Assembly: GCA_963666425.2 (NCBI GenBank)
Contig: OY762825.2
Location: 1,824,001 to 1,888,000 of the forward strand
Direction: 5' to 3'
Length of the DNA: 64,000 bases
From: Bacillota bacterium
GTDB taxonomy: Bacteria; Bacillota; JAAYKD01
The position numbers and the translations under genes were made by a program. Of this stretch, positions 19,015 through 27,914 are shown piece after piece (positions within the stretch are counted from its first letter, which is position 1; each line of letters opens with the position of its first letter). The notes under the pieces were generated by a model. It searched no databases, was not told the DNA's origin, and saw only the letters and a list, made by a program, of their open reading frames with translations.

Positions 19015-19703
19015 AAAGAGCGCTTTTAATTGGCGGACTGCGCAAGGCGCAGCTTCTTGCTCATTTTCTGATCGGAAAAGGGTATTCTGTCACAGCAGTC
19101 AATCTCAGTTATCAGGATTGCTTAAAACTCACCGAAATGGATCATCTGCTCGTTGTGAATGGTGATGGCACAAAACCCTGCGTTCTGCAGCAGGCAAGTG
19201 TTGCTGATGTGGATTTGGCGATTGCGCTCACACCGAAGGATGAGGATAATCTTGTTATTTGTGAATTGTGTAAAAGAGTTTTTCGTGCCAAGAAAACAGT
19301 GACGATCGTCAATGACCCCAGCCAAATCACTTTTTTTACGAAAATCGGTATTGATTCCGTGATCTGTTCCGATGGCGCGGTGACGGACCGGATCATCAAG
19401 CAAATAGCAATCAACGATCTCGCGACATTGATACCGGTGATTGACGGCCGAATCAATGTCGTGAAGGTAGATGTTCTGCCTGATTCACCGATTACTGGCA
19501 AGAAATTATGGGAAATCGGTTTGCCACAAGAAGTGATGATCAGCTGCATTCTGCGTGCGGACGAAAATTTCATCCCCCGAGGAGATACAAGGATTTTGGC
19601 GGGCGATATCCTGCTCCTGATTGCATCCAATTATCAGGAAGTAGAGATCATTAAAATTCTGACCGGTGCGGCATTACCGTCGGCAAGAGGAGAATCCATA
19701 TGA
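19011..19703 (+). CDS. trkA: TrkA-family protein (RCK_N + RCK_C), degenerate nucleotide loop
   Basis: LLIGGLRKA, NGDGT, TPKDEDNL, SPITGKKL...IPRGDTRILAGD. Confidence 0.85.
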   Translation: MKRALLIGGLRKAQLLAHFLIGKGYSVTAVNLSYQDCLKLTEMDHLLVVNGDGTKPCVLQQASVADVDLAIALTPKDEDNLVICELCKRVFRAKKTVTIVNDPSQITFFTKIGIDSVICSDGAVTDRIIKQIAINDLATLIPVIDGRINVVKVDVLPDSPITGKKLWEIGLPQEVMISCILRADENFIPRGDTRILAGDILLLIASNYQEVEIIKILTGAALPSARGESI

Positions 19704-20335
19704 ATATTATCATTGTTGGCTGTGATTTACTGGGCAGTATTTTAGCGAATAATCTGTCCGATGTTGGCCATAATGTTTCTGTGATTGATCGGGACAGTGA
19801 ACGGCTGAATGTACTAGGCAGCGGTTTTAATGGCGTAAAAATAAAGGGAATCGAATATGATAATGAAATTTTAGTAGAAGCAGGAATTCGCGAGGCAGAC
19901 ATTCTCTTGGCTGTCACAACGGATGAAAACATCAATATTACGGTATCACTGATCGCGAAAGAGATGTACAAGGTTCCCAGAATCATTGCTCGTATTATGA
20001 ATCCAAACAGAAAGTATATTTACGAAAACTTGCAGATAGAAACCATCAATCCGATCCAATTAGAAGTGGATGTCCTAGAGACAAAGCTGGCATTGAAGAG
20101 AGAAGCTTCTCTGTTTGATTTGAATGTAGAATATGAAATCATTGGCGTTACCGTGAAGCATGCAAAAAAAATCTCGGTGCAGGAGATTGAAGAACAATTT
20201 AATTGTATCATTTCTGCAATCGATAAGGGGAATACGATTTTATTGCCGCTCAAAAGTGAAGTCATCGAACATGGAGAGCGAATTATTTGCACCATCAGAA
20301 AGAAAGACAAAGAACGTCTGGTATCATTACTATAA
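19700..20335 (+). CDS. trkA: TrkA-family protein (RCK_N + divergent RCK_C)
   Basis: MNIIIVGCDLLG...GHNVSVID, AGIREAD, TTDENINI, IIARI. Confidence 0.85.
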   Translation: MNIIIVGCDLLGSILANNLSDVGHNVSVIDRDSERLNVLGSGFNGVKIKGIEYDNEILVEAGIREADILLAVTTDENINITVSLIAKEMYKVPRIIARIMNPNRKYIYENLQIETINPIQLEVDVLETKLALKREASLFDLNVEYEIIGVTVKHAKKISVQEIEEQFNCIISAIDKGNTILLPLKSEVIEHGERIICTIRKKDKERLVSLL

Positions 20336-20348
20336 AGGAGCGTCATTT

Positions 20349-20993
20349 ATGAAAGCGATCGTGATTGGCGGCGGCAAAGTAGGCTATTATTTGGTTAAAA
20401 CTTTGAGAGAAAGAAAATACGACGTTACATTGGTAGAAAAGGAACAAGACCTTTGTCGTACCGTTGCCGAGGATGTTGATATCTCCGTAATTTGTGGGGA
20501 TGGCACGGATATTGATGTTTTAAAAGATGCCGGAATTGAAGAAGCAGAAGTCATTGCAGCTGTCACTGGTACGGATGAAGTGAATCTAGTCATCTGTAAA
20601 ATAGCAAAAAGCAGTTTCAAAATCGTAGAAGTTATTACGAGAGTCAATAACCCCAAAAATATCCCAATGTTTAAAGCATTGGGCGCAGATAAAACCGTCT
20701 GCAGCACTGAAGTGATCGCCAATCTGATTGAATACGAATTTGATAAGGGGAATTTTAAAGTCGTACACGTTTTGGAACGCGGCACCATGATTTTGGCTGA
20801 GATTAAAATCGAGAAAACAAACGATTGGTGTGATCAATTGGTGAAAGACTTAGTGCTGCCCGAGGAATGTATCCTGATTTCTATCTTGCGGAAGGAAAAG
20901 GTGATTTATCCCAGAGGAAATACACGAATTTTAGAATCGGATAATATACTGGTCATTGTAAATAAAGCAAGCTTAGCGGAACTCAGAAAATGA
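20349..20993 (+). CDS. trkA: TrkA-family protein (canonical RCK_N + RCK_C)
   Basis: MKAIVIGGGKVG, CGDGTD, TGTDEVNL, IYPRGNTRILESD; ATG 20349 after AAAGGAG. Confidence 0.9.
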   Translation: MKAIVIGGGKVGYYLVKTLRERKYDVTLVEKEQDLCRTVAEDVDISVICGDGTDIDVLKDAGIEEAEVIAAVTGTDEVNLVICKIAKSSFKIVEVITRVNNPKNIPMFKALGADKTVCSTEVIANLIEYEFDKGNFKVVHVLERGTMILAEIKIEKTNDWCDQLVKDLVLPEECILISILRKEKVIYPRGNTRILESDNILVIVNKASLAELRK

Positions 20994-21020
20994 AATTGAC
21001 TTGGAACAGGAGCCCATAAA

Positions 21021-21125
21021 ATGCATGAGATGAAGAAGGATTTTATTGGAGTGGTAGTTGAGCTGTTATCTGTGAGCGGGTTCATCCTATTTTTATTTCT
21101 TTCCATAGCGATCGTAATGAGGTAA
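21021..21125 (+). CDS. Putative 34-aa single-pass membrane peptide (below ORF-track cutoff)
   Basis: AGGAG upstream of ATG 21021; MHEMKKDFIGVVVELLSVSGFILFLFLSIAIVMR; TAA ends 4 nt before the trkH ATG and fills the intra-operon gap. Confidence 0.7.
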   Translation: MHEMKKDFIGVVVELLSVSGFILFLFLSIAIVMR

Positions 21126-21129
21126 GTAT

Positions 21130-22668
21130 ATGGTTAATTCAAACGTAAAGTATACGGATTTTAAGATAATCTGCTATTATACTGGGTATGTCATAATCGG
21201 TTTTGCATTATTGATGTTGCTTCCGTTCCTTGTAGCGTTGCTTTTTCGCGAACAGAATCCCGCACTCGATTTTCTGATCAGCATTGCCATCACAATCAGT
21301 ATCGGATTATCACTTGTCATAATTGGCAGGGAAACCCGTGAAAAAAAGTCCTATGTACAATGGAAGCTCGGTTTTGTCGTGGCTTCCCTGTCCTGGTTGC
21401 TCGCTATGGTGTTGGGAGCGATTCCTTACTTATTGAGTGGTCATATCGGTTCCTTACTGGATGCTTGTTTTGATGTCATGAGCGGACTTACCACTACCGG
21501 TTTAGTGTTGACGCAGGATTTGGATCATCTTTCTTATGGGTTGAATCTATGGCGGCATTTGTTGACTTTTGTTGGCGGACAGGGAATTGTGGTCTTGGCG
21601 CTCTCTTTTTTGGTCAAAGAAACCAGCGGTGCCTATAAATTTTATGTAGGGGAAGCGAAAGATATTGAATTGGTTCCCAATGTCAAAGGCACTGCGAGAA
21701 TCATCTGGAAAATTAGCTTGGTTTATCTCGTCATCGGAACATTTGCCCTTTGGATTAATGGGATGATGATTGGCTTGCAGCCAGTCTCTGCTTTTTTTCA
21801 CGGGCTATTTATGTTTGTTTCTTCCTGGAGCACCGGTGGATTTGCGCCAAATTCACAGAATATCATGTACTACCACAGCTTGTCTTACGAAATGATCACG
21901 GTTATTTTTCTTATTCTGGGCTCCTTTAATTTTGGTCTGCATTATGCCATCTGGCAAGGCAAGAAAAAGGAATTGATTAGAAATATTGAAACGCAGGTTT
22001 TTTTTATTACTGCGTTTATAGCTTCGCTTGGTGCAGTAATCGGTTTAGCGAAATTGAATGTCTATTCTGATGCGGTGTCGATGTTCAGACGAGTGGTTTA
22101 CAACGTTTTGTCTGCTCAGACCACAACCGGTTTTGGCAATGTATACGCCAGACAGTTTGCCTTGGAATGGGGAGATTTTGGTATCTTGATCATGGTCATC
22201 GTCATGTTGATCGGTGGCTCGGCCTGTTCTACTGCCGGTGGTTTTAAAGGGCTGCGGGTTGGCGTGGTAATCAAGGGCTTTTTTGCGGATATTCGTAAAA
22301 TACTGTCACCGGAAAGAAATATGCGCGTTTATAAATTCCATCATATCAAAGACTATGTTTTGGAGGATGGAATTGTCAAAACTTCTGCCCTAATTATACT
22401 CTGTTATATTGTCTTATTTTCGGCTGGAACAGCCTTGGGAGCTTACTATGGTTATCCTCTCGCTGAATCAGCATTTGAAGCTGCTTCCGTAACCGGTAAT
22501 GTAGGTTTATCCATAGGGATAACTTCCCCAAGTATGCCTGTTCTGATGAAAATCTATTATATTACTGCAATGTATTTGGGAAGGCTGGAGTTTTTATCTG
22601 TATTTGGTATGATTGGATATTTCCTCGGAGGTATAAAAAAACTATGCGCAAAAGCAAGAAAAATATAG
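21130..22668 (+). CDS. trkH: TrkH-family K+ uptake membrane subunit
   Basis: Four pore loops SGLTTTGL, SSWSTGGF, SAQTTTGF, SVTGNVGL; IGGSACSTAGGFK; MYLGRLE. Confidence 0.95.
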   Translation: MVNSNVKYTDFKIICYYTGYVIIGFALLMLLPFLVALLFREQNPALDFLISIAITISIGLSLVIIGRETREKKSYVQWKLGFVVASLSWLLAMVLGAIPYLLSGHIGSLLDACFDVMSGLTTTGLVLTQDLDHLSYGLNLWRHLLTFVGGQGIVVLALSFLVKETSGAYKFYVGEAKDIELVPNVKGTARIIWKISLVYLVIGTFALWINGMMIGLQPVSAFFHGLFMFVSSWSTGGFAPNSQNIMYYHSLSYEMITVIFLILGSFNFGLHYAIWQGKKKELIRNIETQVFFITAFIASLGAVIGLAKLNVYSDAVSMFRRVVYNVLSAQTTTGFGNVYARQFALEWGDFGILIMVIVMLIGGSACSTAGGFKGLRVGVVIKGFFADIRKILSPERNMRVYKFHHIKDYVLEDGIVKTSALIILCYIVLFSAGTALGAYYGYPLAESAFEAASVTGNVGLSIGITSPSMPVLMKIYYITAMYLGRLEFLSVFGMIGYFLGGIKKLCAKARKI

Positions 22669-23159
22669 TTTTCTTGAGCATTTTCTTTCTTTTCCTAGTG
22701 ATGTCTGCATCCAGAAGCTATGCCGCTGAAACAGTAACCATCAATCAATTGATTGAAAATACAGCAAAATATGATAACCTGGTCGTAACGGTAGAAGGTG
22801 AAATCATCGGCGAAGCACTGGAAAGAGGAGATTTTGCCTGGATCAATCTCAATGATACGACAAACGCAATCGGTATTTGGATGAAGTTAAGCGATGCGCA
22901 ACAATTGCAATATTACGGGGATTATAGTCATAGGGGTGACATAATAAAAATCACAGGAAAATTCTCAAGAGCATGTGCAGAACACGGTGGTGATTTTGAT
23001 ATTCATAGCAATCGGATTGAGGTTGTTAAAGAAGGATGGATCGTCAAGGAAATTGTTTCATCTTATAAAATCATGGTCACTGTGGTATTACTGATCATAG
23101 CCAGCATTCTGCTGGCATTGTATATCAAATTAGTGGGAAAAAAGGAATTGGAAAACTAA
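22644..23159 (+). CDS. Exported, C-terminally anchored OB-fold-like protein
   Basis: Signal peptide ending SYA; VTVEGEIIGE...LNDTTNAIGIW...GDIIKITGKF OB-like pattern; C-terminal TM plus Lys tail. Confidence 0.7.
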   Translation: MRKSKKNIVFLSIFFLFLVMSASRSYAAETVTINQLIENTAKYDNLVVTVEGEIIGEALERGDFAWINLNDTTNAIGIWMKLSDAQQLQYYGDYSHRGDIIKITGKFSRACAEHGGDFDIHSNRIEVVKEGWIVKEIVSSYKIMVTVVLLIIASILLALYIKLVGKKELEN

Positions 23160-23193
23160 GCTCACAATGGGTTGCTTTAATGAAAGTATAGTA

Positions 23194-23225
23194 AAGCCGG
23201 TACTGCTTTTCTGCGGTACCGGCTT
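23194..23225. terminator. Bidirectional terminator
   Basis: AAGCCGGTAC...GTACCGGCTT between convergent operons. Confidence 0.8.
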
Positions 23226-23236
23226 GATGTTATACT

Positions 23237-24520
23237 TTAATACATCTTTTTTTTCTGCGGTGGATCAACTTTGACCAAAACCTGAATAATGCGGTGTTCC
23301 TGCATCTTATCCACCGTGACGGTTAAATTTTTGTAAGTAAACGTATCGCCCGGATTGGGAAAACCGTTGAGCATTTCAATCGCCCAACCACCGACTGTGG
23401 TATAATCGCTCTCAAAATCACGGTCATCCAGGTCGAAATACTCCAGAAAATCATAGATGCTGATGTCGGCATCCACTTCGTGAATATTCTCTCCGACATC
23501 CGTGAATTCTTCCACGATTTCGTCCGATTCGTCCCAGATTTCACCCACCAGTTGTTCCAAAACATCTTCCATGGTAACCACACCCAGCGTGCCGCCGTAT
23601 TCATCGGTTACAATCGCCATATGCATCTTGCGTCGTTTCAATTCGGCTAAAACAGCAGGCAGTTTCATGGATTTATGAATAAAACAGACATCCATCAGCA
23701 GATCACGTAAGGAAAACTCTTTGGTGTCGACCACCTGCTTAAAAAAGTGATTCAGATAAAGAATGCCGATGATATTATCGATGCTGTCTTCATAAACCGG
23801 GATGCGCGAATAACTGGAGTGATTGGCCAATTCAATGATGGAATCCAAATCATCATCGATATCTATCGCCAGCATATCAACACGGGGTGTGATAATCTCC
23901 TGCGCAGAAATTTCGGAGAATTCGATAGCGGACTGCAGTAAATCACTGCGTTCCTCATCGATGATCCCTTCGTCCTCAACGGTTTCAATAATGGAAACAA
24001 GGTCTTCTTCCGTGACAGAAGGTTCTTTTTTCTGAGTCGCCCAGGTTCGATTCATGACATCCAGCAATTTCATGATTACAAAGACAATCGGCGCGGTAAT
24101 CAGCATCAAAAAACGCAGAAAAGGTGCTGCTGCAAGGGTAAAGACATCGCAATGGTCTTTGGCTAAAATTTTCGGGACGATCTCACCAAAAATCAGGATG
24201 ATCACCGTCATCGCAACTGTTGCGATGGCTGCGCCGGATTCTCCCATCAGCTTGATAGCGATCACGGTTGCAATCGCAGAGGAGGCCATGTTCACCAGAT
24301 TGTTGCCAATCAGAATAGTGGTCAGCGCTTTATCGTAGCGCTCGTAAATATAGTAAGCTAATTTTGCTTTCTTACTGCCGCTTTCCGCGGCTTTTTTCAT
24401 GCGCATTTTATTGGCAGAAGCGAAGGCTATTTCCGATCCGGAAAAGAAAGCCGAAAAGCAAATCAGCACGGTAATCAATATATAAGGGCCATACGGACTG
24501 TCGTCCATGGGGAAATTCAC
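23237..24520 (-). CDS. CNNM/CorC (HlyC, DUF21-CBS-CorC) family transporter
   Basis: SAFFSGSEIAF, ILIGNNLVN, FGEIVPK, TPRVDM, YSRIPV, DEYGGTLG, EQLVGEIWDE. Confidence 0.93.
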   Translation of the reverse strand: MNFPMDDSPYGPYILITVLICFSAFFSGSEIAFASANKMRMKKAAESGSKKAKLAYYIYERYDKALTTILIGNNLVNMASSAIATVIAIKLMGESGAAIATVAMTVIILIFGEIVPKILAKDHCDVFTLAAAPFLRFLMLITAPIVFVIMKLLDVMNRTWATQKKEPSVTEEDLVSIIETVEDEGIIDEERSDLLQSAIEFSEISAQEIITPRVDMLAIDIDDDLDSIIELANHSSYSRIPVYEDSIDNIIGILYLNHFFKQVVDTKEFSLRDLLMDVCFIHKSMKLPAVLAELKRRKMHMAIVTDEYGGTLGVVTMEDVLEQLVGEIWDESDEIVEEFTDVGENIHEVDADISIYDFLEYFDLDDRDFESDYTTVGGWAIEMLNGFPNPGDTFTYKNLTVTVDKMQEHRIIQVLVKVDPPQKKKMY

Positions 24521-24593
24521 TCCTCTTATTATTTAGATGATCGGAAACGAGATTTTTTGGCTTGGGTTGATGCGTTTTGCTTCGTGCAACCGG

Positions 24594-25859
24594 TTAGTCG
24601 TTGATCTTCAGCAATAATTTAATGATGCGCTTGTGATCAATCTTTGTGACTGTGATGGTTACACCATGATATTCAAAGCTGTCGCCTTCCTTAGGTACGT
24701 AATTTAAGTTTTCCAGTACCCAGGAACCGAGTGTTTTATGCCAAAGCTCTTCTTTATCATAATTGTTAAAATGCATCAGTTCAAAGGCATCGTCCACATC
24801 GAAATTGGCGCTTGCTTCAAAACGATTACCGCCCAGTGGCTTAAAATCTTCTAAAACCTCGTCGTCTTCATCCCAAATTTCACCGACCAATTCTTCTAAA
24901 ATATCTTCAACGGTCATAATCCCCAAAGTACCGCCATAGTCATCACTGACGATGGCCATGTGCAGTTTTCGACGGCTCATCTCCTGCAGAAGATCATCTA
25001 TTTTAGTTGTCTTGGGAACGAAATAGGGAGCATCTAAAATGGAGCGCAGGTTGATGGTATCGCCCTGCTTCATATACAGCTTTAAAAATTTCCTGATTTG
25101 TAAAATGCCGATGATATGATCGATATGATCTTCATAGACAGGCAAACGCGAAAATTTCACTTCTTTGATGATTTTTAAAATTTCGGCACAGCTTGTGTCG
25201 ACATCCAGCGCAACCACATCCACACGGGAAGTCAAAGCATCCTGTGCCGTAACATCGGCAAACTCCAGGGCAGAGTGAATCAGATCACTCTTATTTTGTT
25301 CCAAGCTGCCTTCTTCTTTGATGGTTTCGATAATATCGTAGAGTTCGTCTTCTGTGACCGTTGGTTCTTCGTCACGATGAAAAAGTTTGGAAACAGCAGT
25401 GCTGATGGCGGTGAAAATAAAGGCAAGCGGGGTTAAGACCTTGACCAGAAAATAGAGAGAATCCGATACATTGAGAGCAAAAGACTCACTCTGCGCTTTG
25501 GCAAAGGTTTTTGGCAGCATTTCACTGATGAAAAAAACAACGACTGTGACAATCAGCGTGCTGGCAGTGACCGATCCTTCTCCCCAGGTTTTGGTGGCAA
25601 TCAAAGTTGCCAAGCTTGCGCAGCCGATATGCATCAGGTTGTTGCCAATCAGCAGGGTCGTGAGGGATTTGTCAAAGTTGTTCAGAATATACATTGCCTT
25701 TTTGGCACGCGGATCTCCATTTTCCGCATTGTTTTTCATGCGGATTTTATTCAGAGAGGCAAAAGACATTTCCGAACCGGCAAAATAGCCGCCACCCAGA
25801 ATTAAAAGAAACAGCAGTAAGTAGTAATACCAACTGTCACTACCCATACGGGCAACCAC
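24594..25859 (-). CDS. CNNM/CorC family transporter, second paralogue
   Basis: YFAGSEMSF, LLIGNNL, SEMLPK, FSRLPV, DDYGGTLG, EELVGEIWDE; start may be ATG 25847. Confidence 0.93.
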   Translation of the reverse strand: MVARMGSDSWYYYLLLFLLILGGGYFAGSEMSFASLNKIRMKNNAENGDPRAKKAMYILNNFDKSLTTLLIGNNLMHIGCASLATLIATKTWGEGSVTASTLIVTVVVFFISEMLPKTFAKAQSESFALNVSDSLYFLVKVLTPLAFIFTAISTAVSKLFHRDEEPTVTEDELYDIIETIKEEGSLEQNKSDLIHSALEFADVTAQDALTSRVDVVALDVDTSCAEILKIIKEVKFSRLPVYEDHIDHIIGILQIRKFLKLYMKQGDTINLRSILDAPYFVPKTTKIDDLLQEMSRRKLHMAIVSDDYGGTLGIMTVEDILEELVGEIWDEDDEVLEDFKPLGGNRFEASANFDVDDAFELMHFNNYDKEELWHKTLGSWVLENLNYVPKEGDSFEYHGVTITVTKIDHKRIIKLLLKIND

Positions 25860-25980
25860 ACTCCTTTATGTATCAGATCCATCTATGTGTAAATAAAGTG
25901 CGCTCGTGAAAGCGGATCAGCAGGTTGATTTTTTAACCCGTTGTTCACTTTTTCAGAGGCACTTAGAATCGTACTTCTAT

Positions 25981-26009
25981 AGTATAACGCAAAGAGCGGG
26001 GGATAGCAA
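25981..26009 (-). promoter_or_regulatory. Probable sigma-A promoter of the CNNM pair
   Basis: Minus strand TTGCTA (26009-26004), 17 nt, TATACT (25986-25981). Confidence 0.6.
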
Positions 26010-26335
26010 GACGGAAAAATGACGGTATCTGGCCATTTGCTAGTGAAATTGGCTGTTTACTCACTTTTTGAGATCATCCCTGCTTGAGACGGAATTTTAT
26101 GACCACAGTCGAAACAATCAGGGTTTGAAGTGCAGAATTTCGGAGATCGGCAGCAGCGGCAAGCTGGGTAACAAAAACAATAGAATTGCTTTTTAGGTAA
26201 ATTCATCGATCGTGAAAAGAAAGGCTTCTGTGCGGATGGGATTTATGGTATAATTATTACATTGCGGTTGCGAAGGAATATTACAAAGCAATTCGCTAGA
26301 AGTACGGAAATAAAAACAGAAAGGATTTGATCACG

Positions 26336-27514
26336 ATGCGTTATACAGGCGTCACAGCGCGGGGGATCATCACACCAATCTTCCAGTCCGGAGACCCTCT
26401 GATCGGGATGATTTGTAACAGTGTTGACAGGGCTGCCAAAGAAGAAAATTTCAGCTTGCACGACGGGGATATCCTCGGCGTTACGGAAGCGGTTGTCGCA
26501 AGAACACAAGGGAATTACGCTTCCTGTGAGCAGATTGCGGCGGACATTCGGCAGAAACTGGGCGGTCAGGAAATGGGGATCGTGTTTCCCATTCTTTCGC
26601 GCAATCGTTTTGCTATTCTTTTGAAATCAATCGCCATGTCCTGTGAAAAACTAACGGTTCAGCTTTCTTACCCCAACGATGAAGTTGGCAATCGTCTGAT
26701 AACTTTGGATGAACTGGATGAAAAAGGAATCAATCCTTTTACCGGTAGTTTTACGGAAACAGAATTTCGTAATTTGTTTCAAAATACAGTGCACCCTTTC
26801 ACCGGTATCGATTATATCGAATACTATAAGAGTATCAGTGAAAAGATTGAAATTGTGTTTTCCAATGATCCAAGATATATTCTCAATTTCACCAAGAATG
26901 TGCTGAACTGCGATATTCACAGTCGTTTTCGGACGCAGAGACTGCTGAAAGCAGCCGGTGCGGAACGTTCTTTCCGTCTGGATGAAATTTTAACAGCAAG
27001 CGTCAACGGCAGCGGTTATAATCCCAGCTATGGCTTATTGGGCTCCAATAAGGCAACGGAAGATAAAGTGAAACTTTTCCCCAAGGATACCGACCTTTTT
27101 GTCAGCGATTTACAGAGCGCCTTGGCCAGCACATTCGGTAAACAAATCGAAGTGATGGTCTACGGCGACGGCGGTTTCAAAGATCCGGTCGGGGGCATCT
27201 GGGAATTGGCTGACCCGGTCATTTCTCCTTCCTTTACCAGCCGCCTGGATGGTACGCCAAACGAACTGAAGATGAAATATTTCGCCGATAATGAATTCAG
27301 TCATCTTTCCGGAAATGCACTGGCGGCAGCGATGAAGCAACGGATCAAACAAAAAGACGTCAGCCTGAAAGGTCAGATGACTTCTCAGGGAACTACCCCT
27401 CGGCATCTAACCGATTTGCTGGGCAGCTTATGCGATCTGATCAGCGGCAGCGGCGACAGAGGGACTCCGGTTGTGCTGATCCAGGGGTATTTTACAAATT
27501 TCGCTTCAGAATAG
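26336..27514 (+). CDS. Coenzyme F420-0:L-glutamate ligase-like (CofE family) protein
   Basis: ARGIITPIFQSGD, GDILGVTEAVVARTQGN, TDLLGSLCDLISGSGDRGTPVVLIQGY. Confidence 0.8.
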   Translation: MRYTGVTARGIITPIFQSGDPLIGMICNSVDRAAKEENFSLHDGDILGVTEAVVARTQGNYASCEQIAADIRQKLGGQEMGIVFPILSRNRFAILLKSIAMSCEKLTVQLSYPNDEVGNRLITLDELDEKGINPFTGSFTETEFRNLFQNTVHPFTGIDYIEYYKSISEKIEIVFSNDPRYILNFTKNVLNCDIHSRFRTQRLLKAAGAERSFRLDEILTASVNGSGYNPSYGLLGSNKATEDKVKLFPKDTDLFVSDLQSALASTFGKQIEVMVYGDGGFKDPVGGIWELADPVISPSFTSRLDGTPNELKMKYFADNEFSHLSGNALAAAMKQRIKQKDVSLKGQMTSQGTTPRHLTDLLGSLCDLISGSGDRGTPVVLIQGYFTNFASE

Positions 27515-27558
27515 CGGCAAATTTCGCTTGCTGATCCAGGTAAAGGAAGATCAAAATG

Positions 27559-27605
27559 TAACAATCAATGCTTTGAGTTTAGCTCATGGCATTGATTGTT
27601 TTTTT
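27559..27605 (+). terminator. Rho-independent terminator
   Basis: ACAATCAATGC...GCATTGATTGT plus long T-run. Confidence 0.85.
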
Positions 27606-27914
27606 ATTTCAGCTCAAGCTTGTCAGTGGACCGAAATTCGTTAAATTTATCTTGGAACCGGCAGTTTAGAAGAAGGATTTTTATTCATGGATATGTAATA
27701 TTATCCGCAATGATTGTCACGATTTGTGACTTTAAATTGTCTGAATAGTTAGTATACTGAATTTTAGCTAACGATAATAAACAGAGTATTTTATGATTGG
27801 ATCAGTCGTTTCGGCACAAATGCATTTTTTCTTAAAAAGGAAATGATCGTTATGAGAACAGAAAAAAATCACGTCAATTTTTTCTTCGGCAATCAAATAA
27901 AAGGGGGTGTTTTT

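Noticed and set aside
20160-20348. N-terminal extensions in the ORF track (also 17163, 12772, 2981, 4208 and 6331)
   Set aside because: They overlap upstream genes or promoters; downstream starts have clear RBSs and match family N-termini.
23237-25859. Hemolysin or virulence interpretation of the HlyC/CorC genes
   Set aside because: The DUF21-CBS-CorC architecture corresponds to CorB/CNNM Mg2+ transporters; the hemolysin label is a legacy annotation.
25860-25980. Possible M-box riboswitch ahead of the CNNM pair
   Set aside because: The leader is only ~115 nt from the predicted promoter and lacks the consensus and a terminator.
27610-27910. Possible c-di-GMP riboswitch upstream of the giant surface protein
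   Set aside because: No GEMM-I or class II consensus seen; only a weak A/T hairpin near 27860-27885.
27843-27914. ORF-track start of the giant protein at 27843
   Set aside because: GTG 27915 has the RBS and places the signal peptide at the N-terminus.
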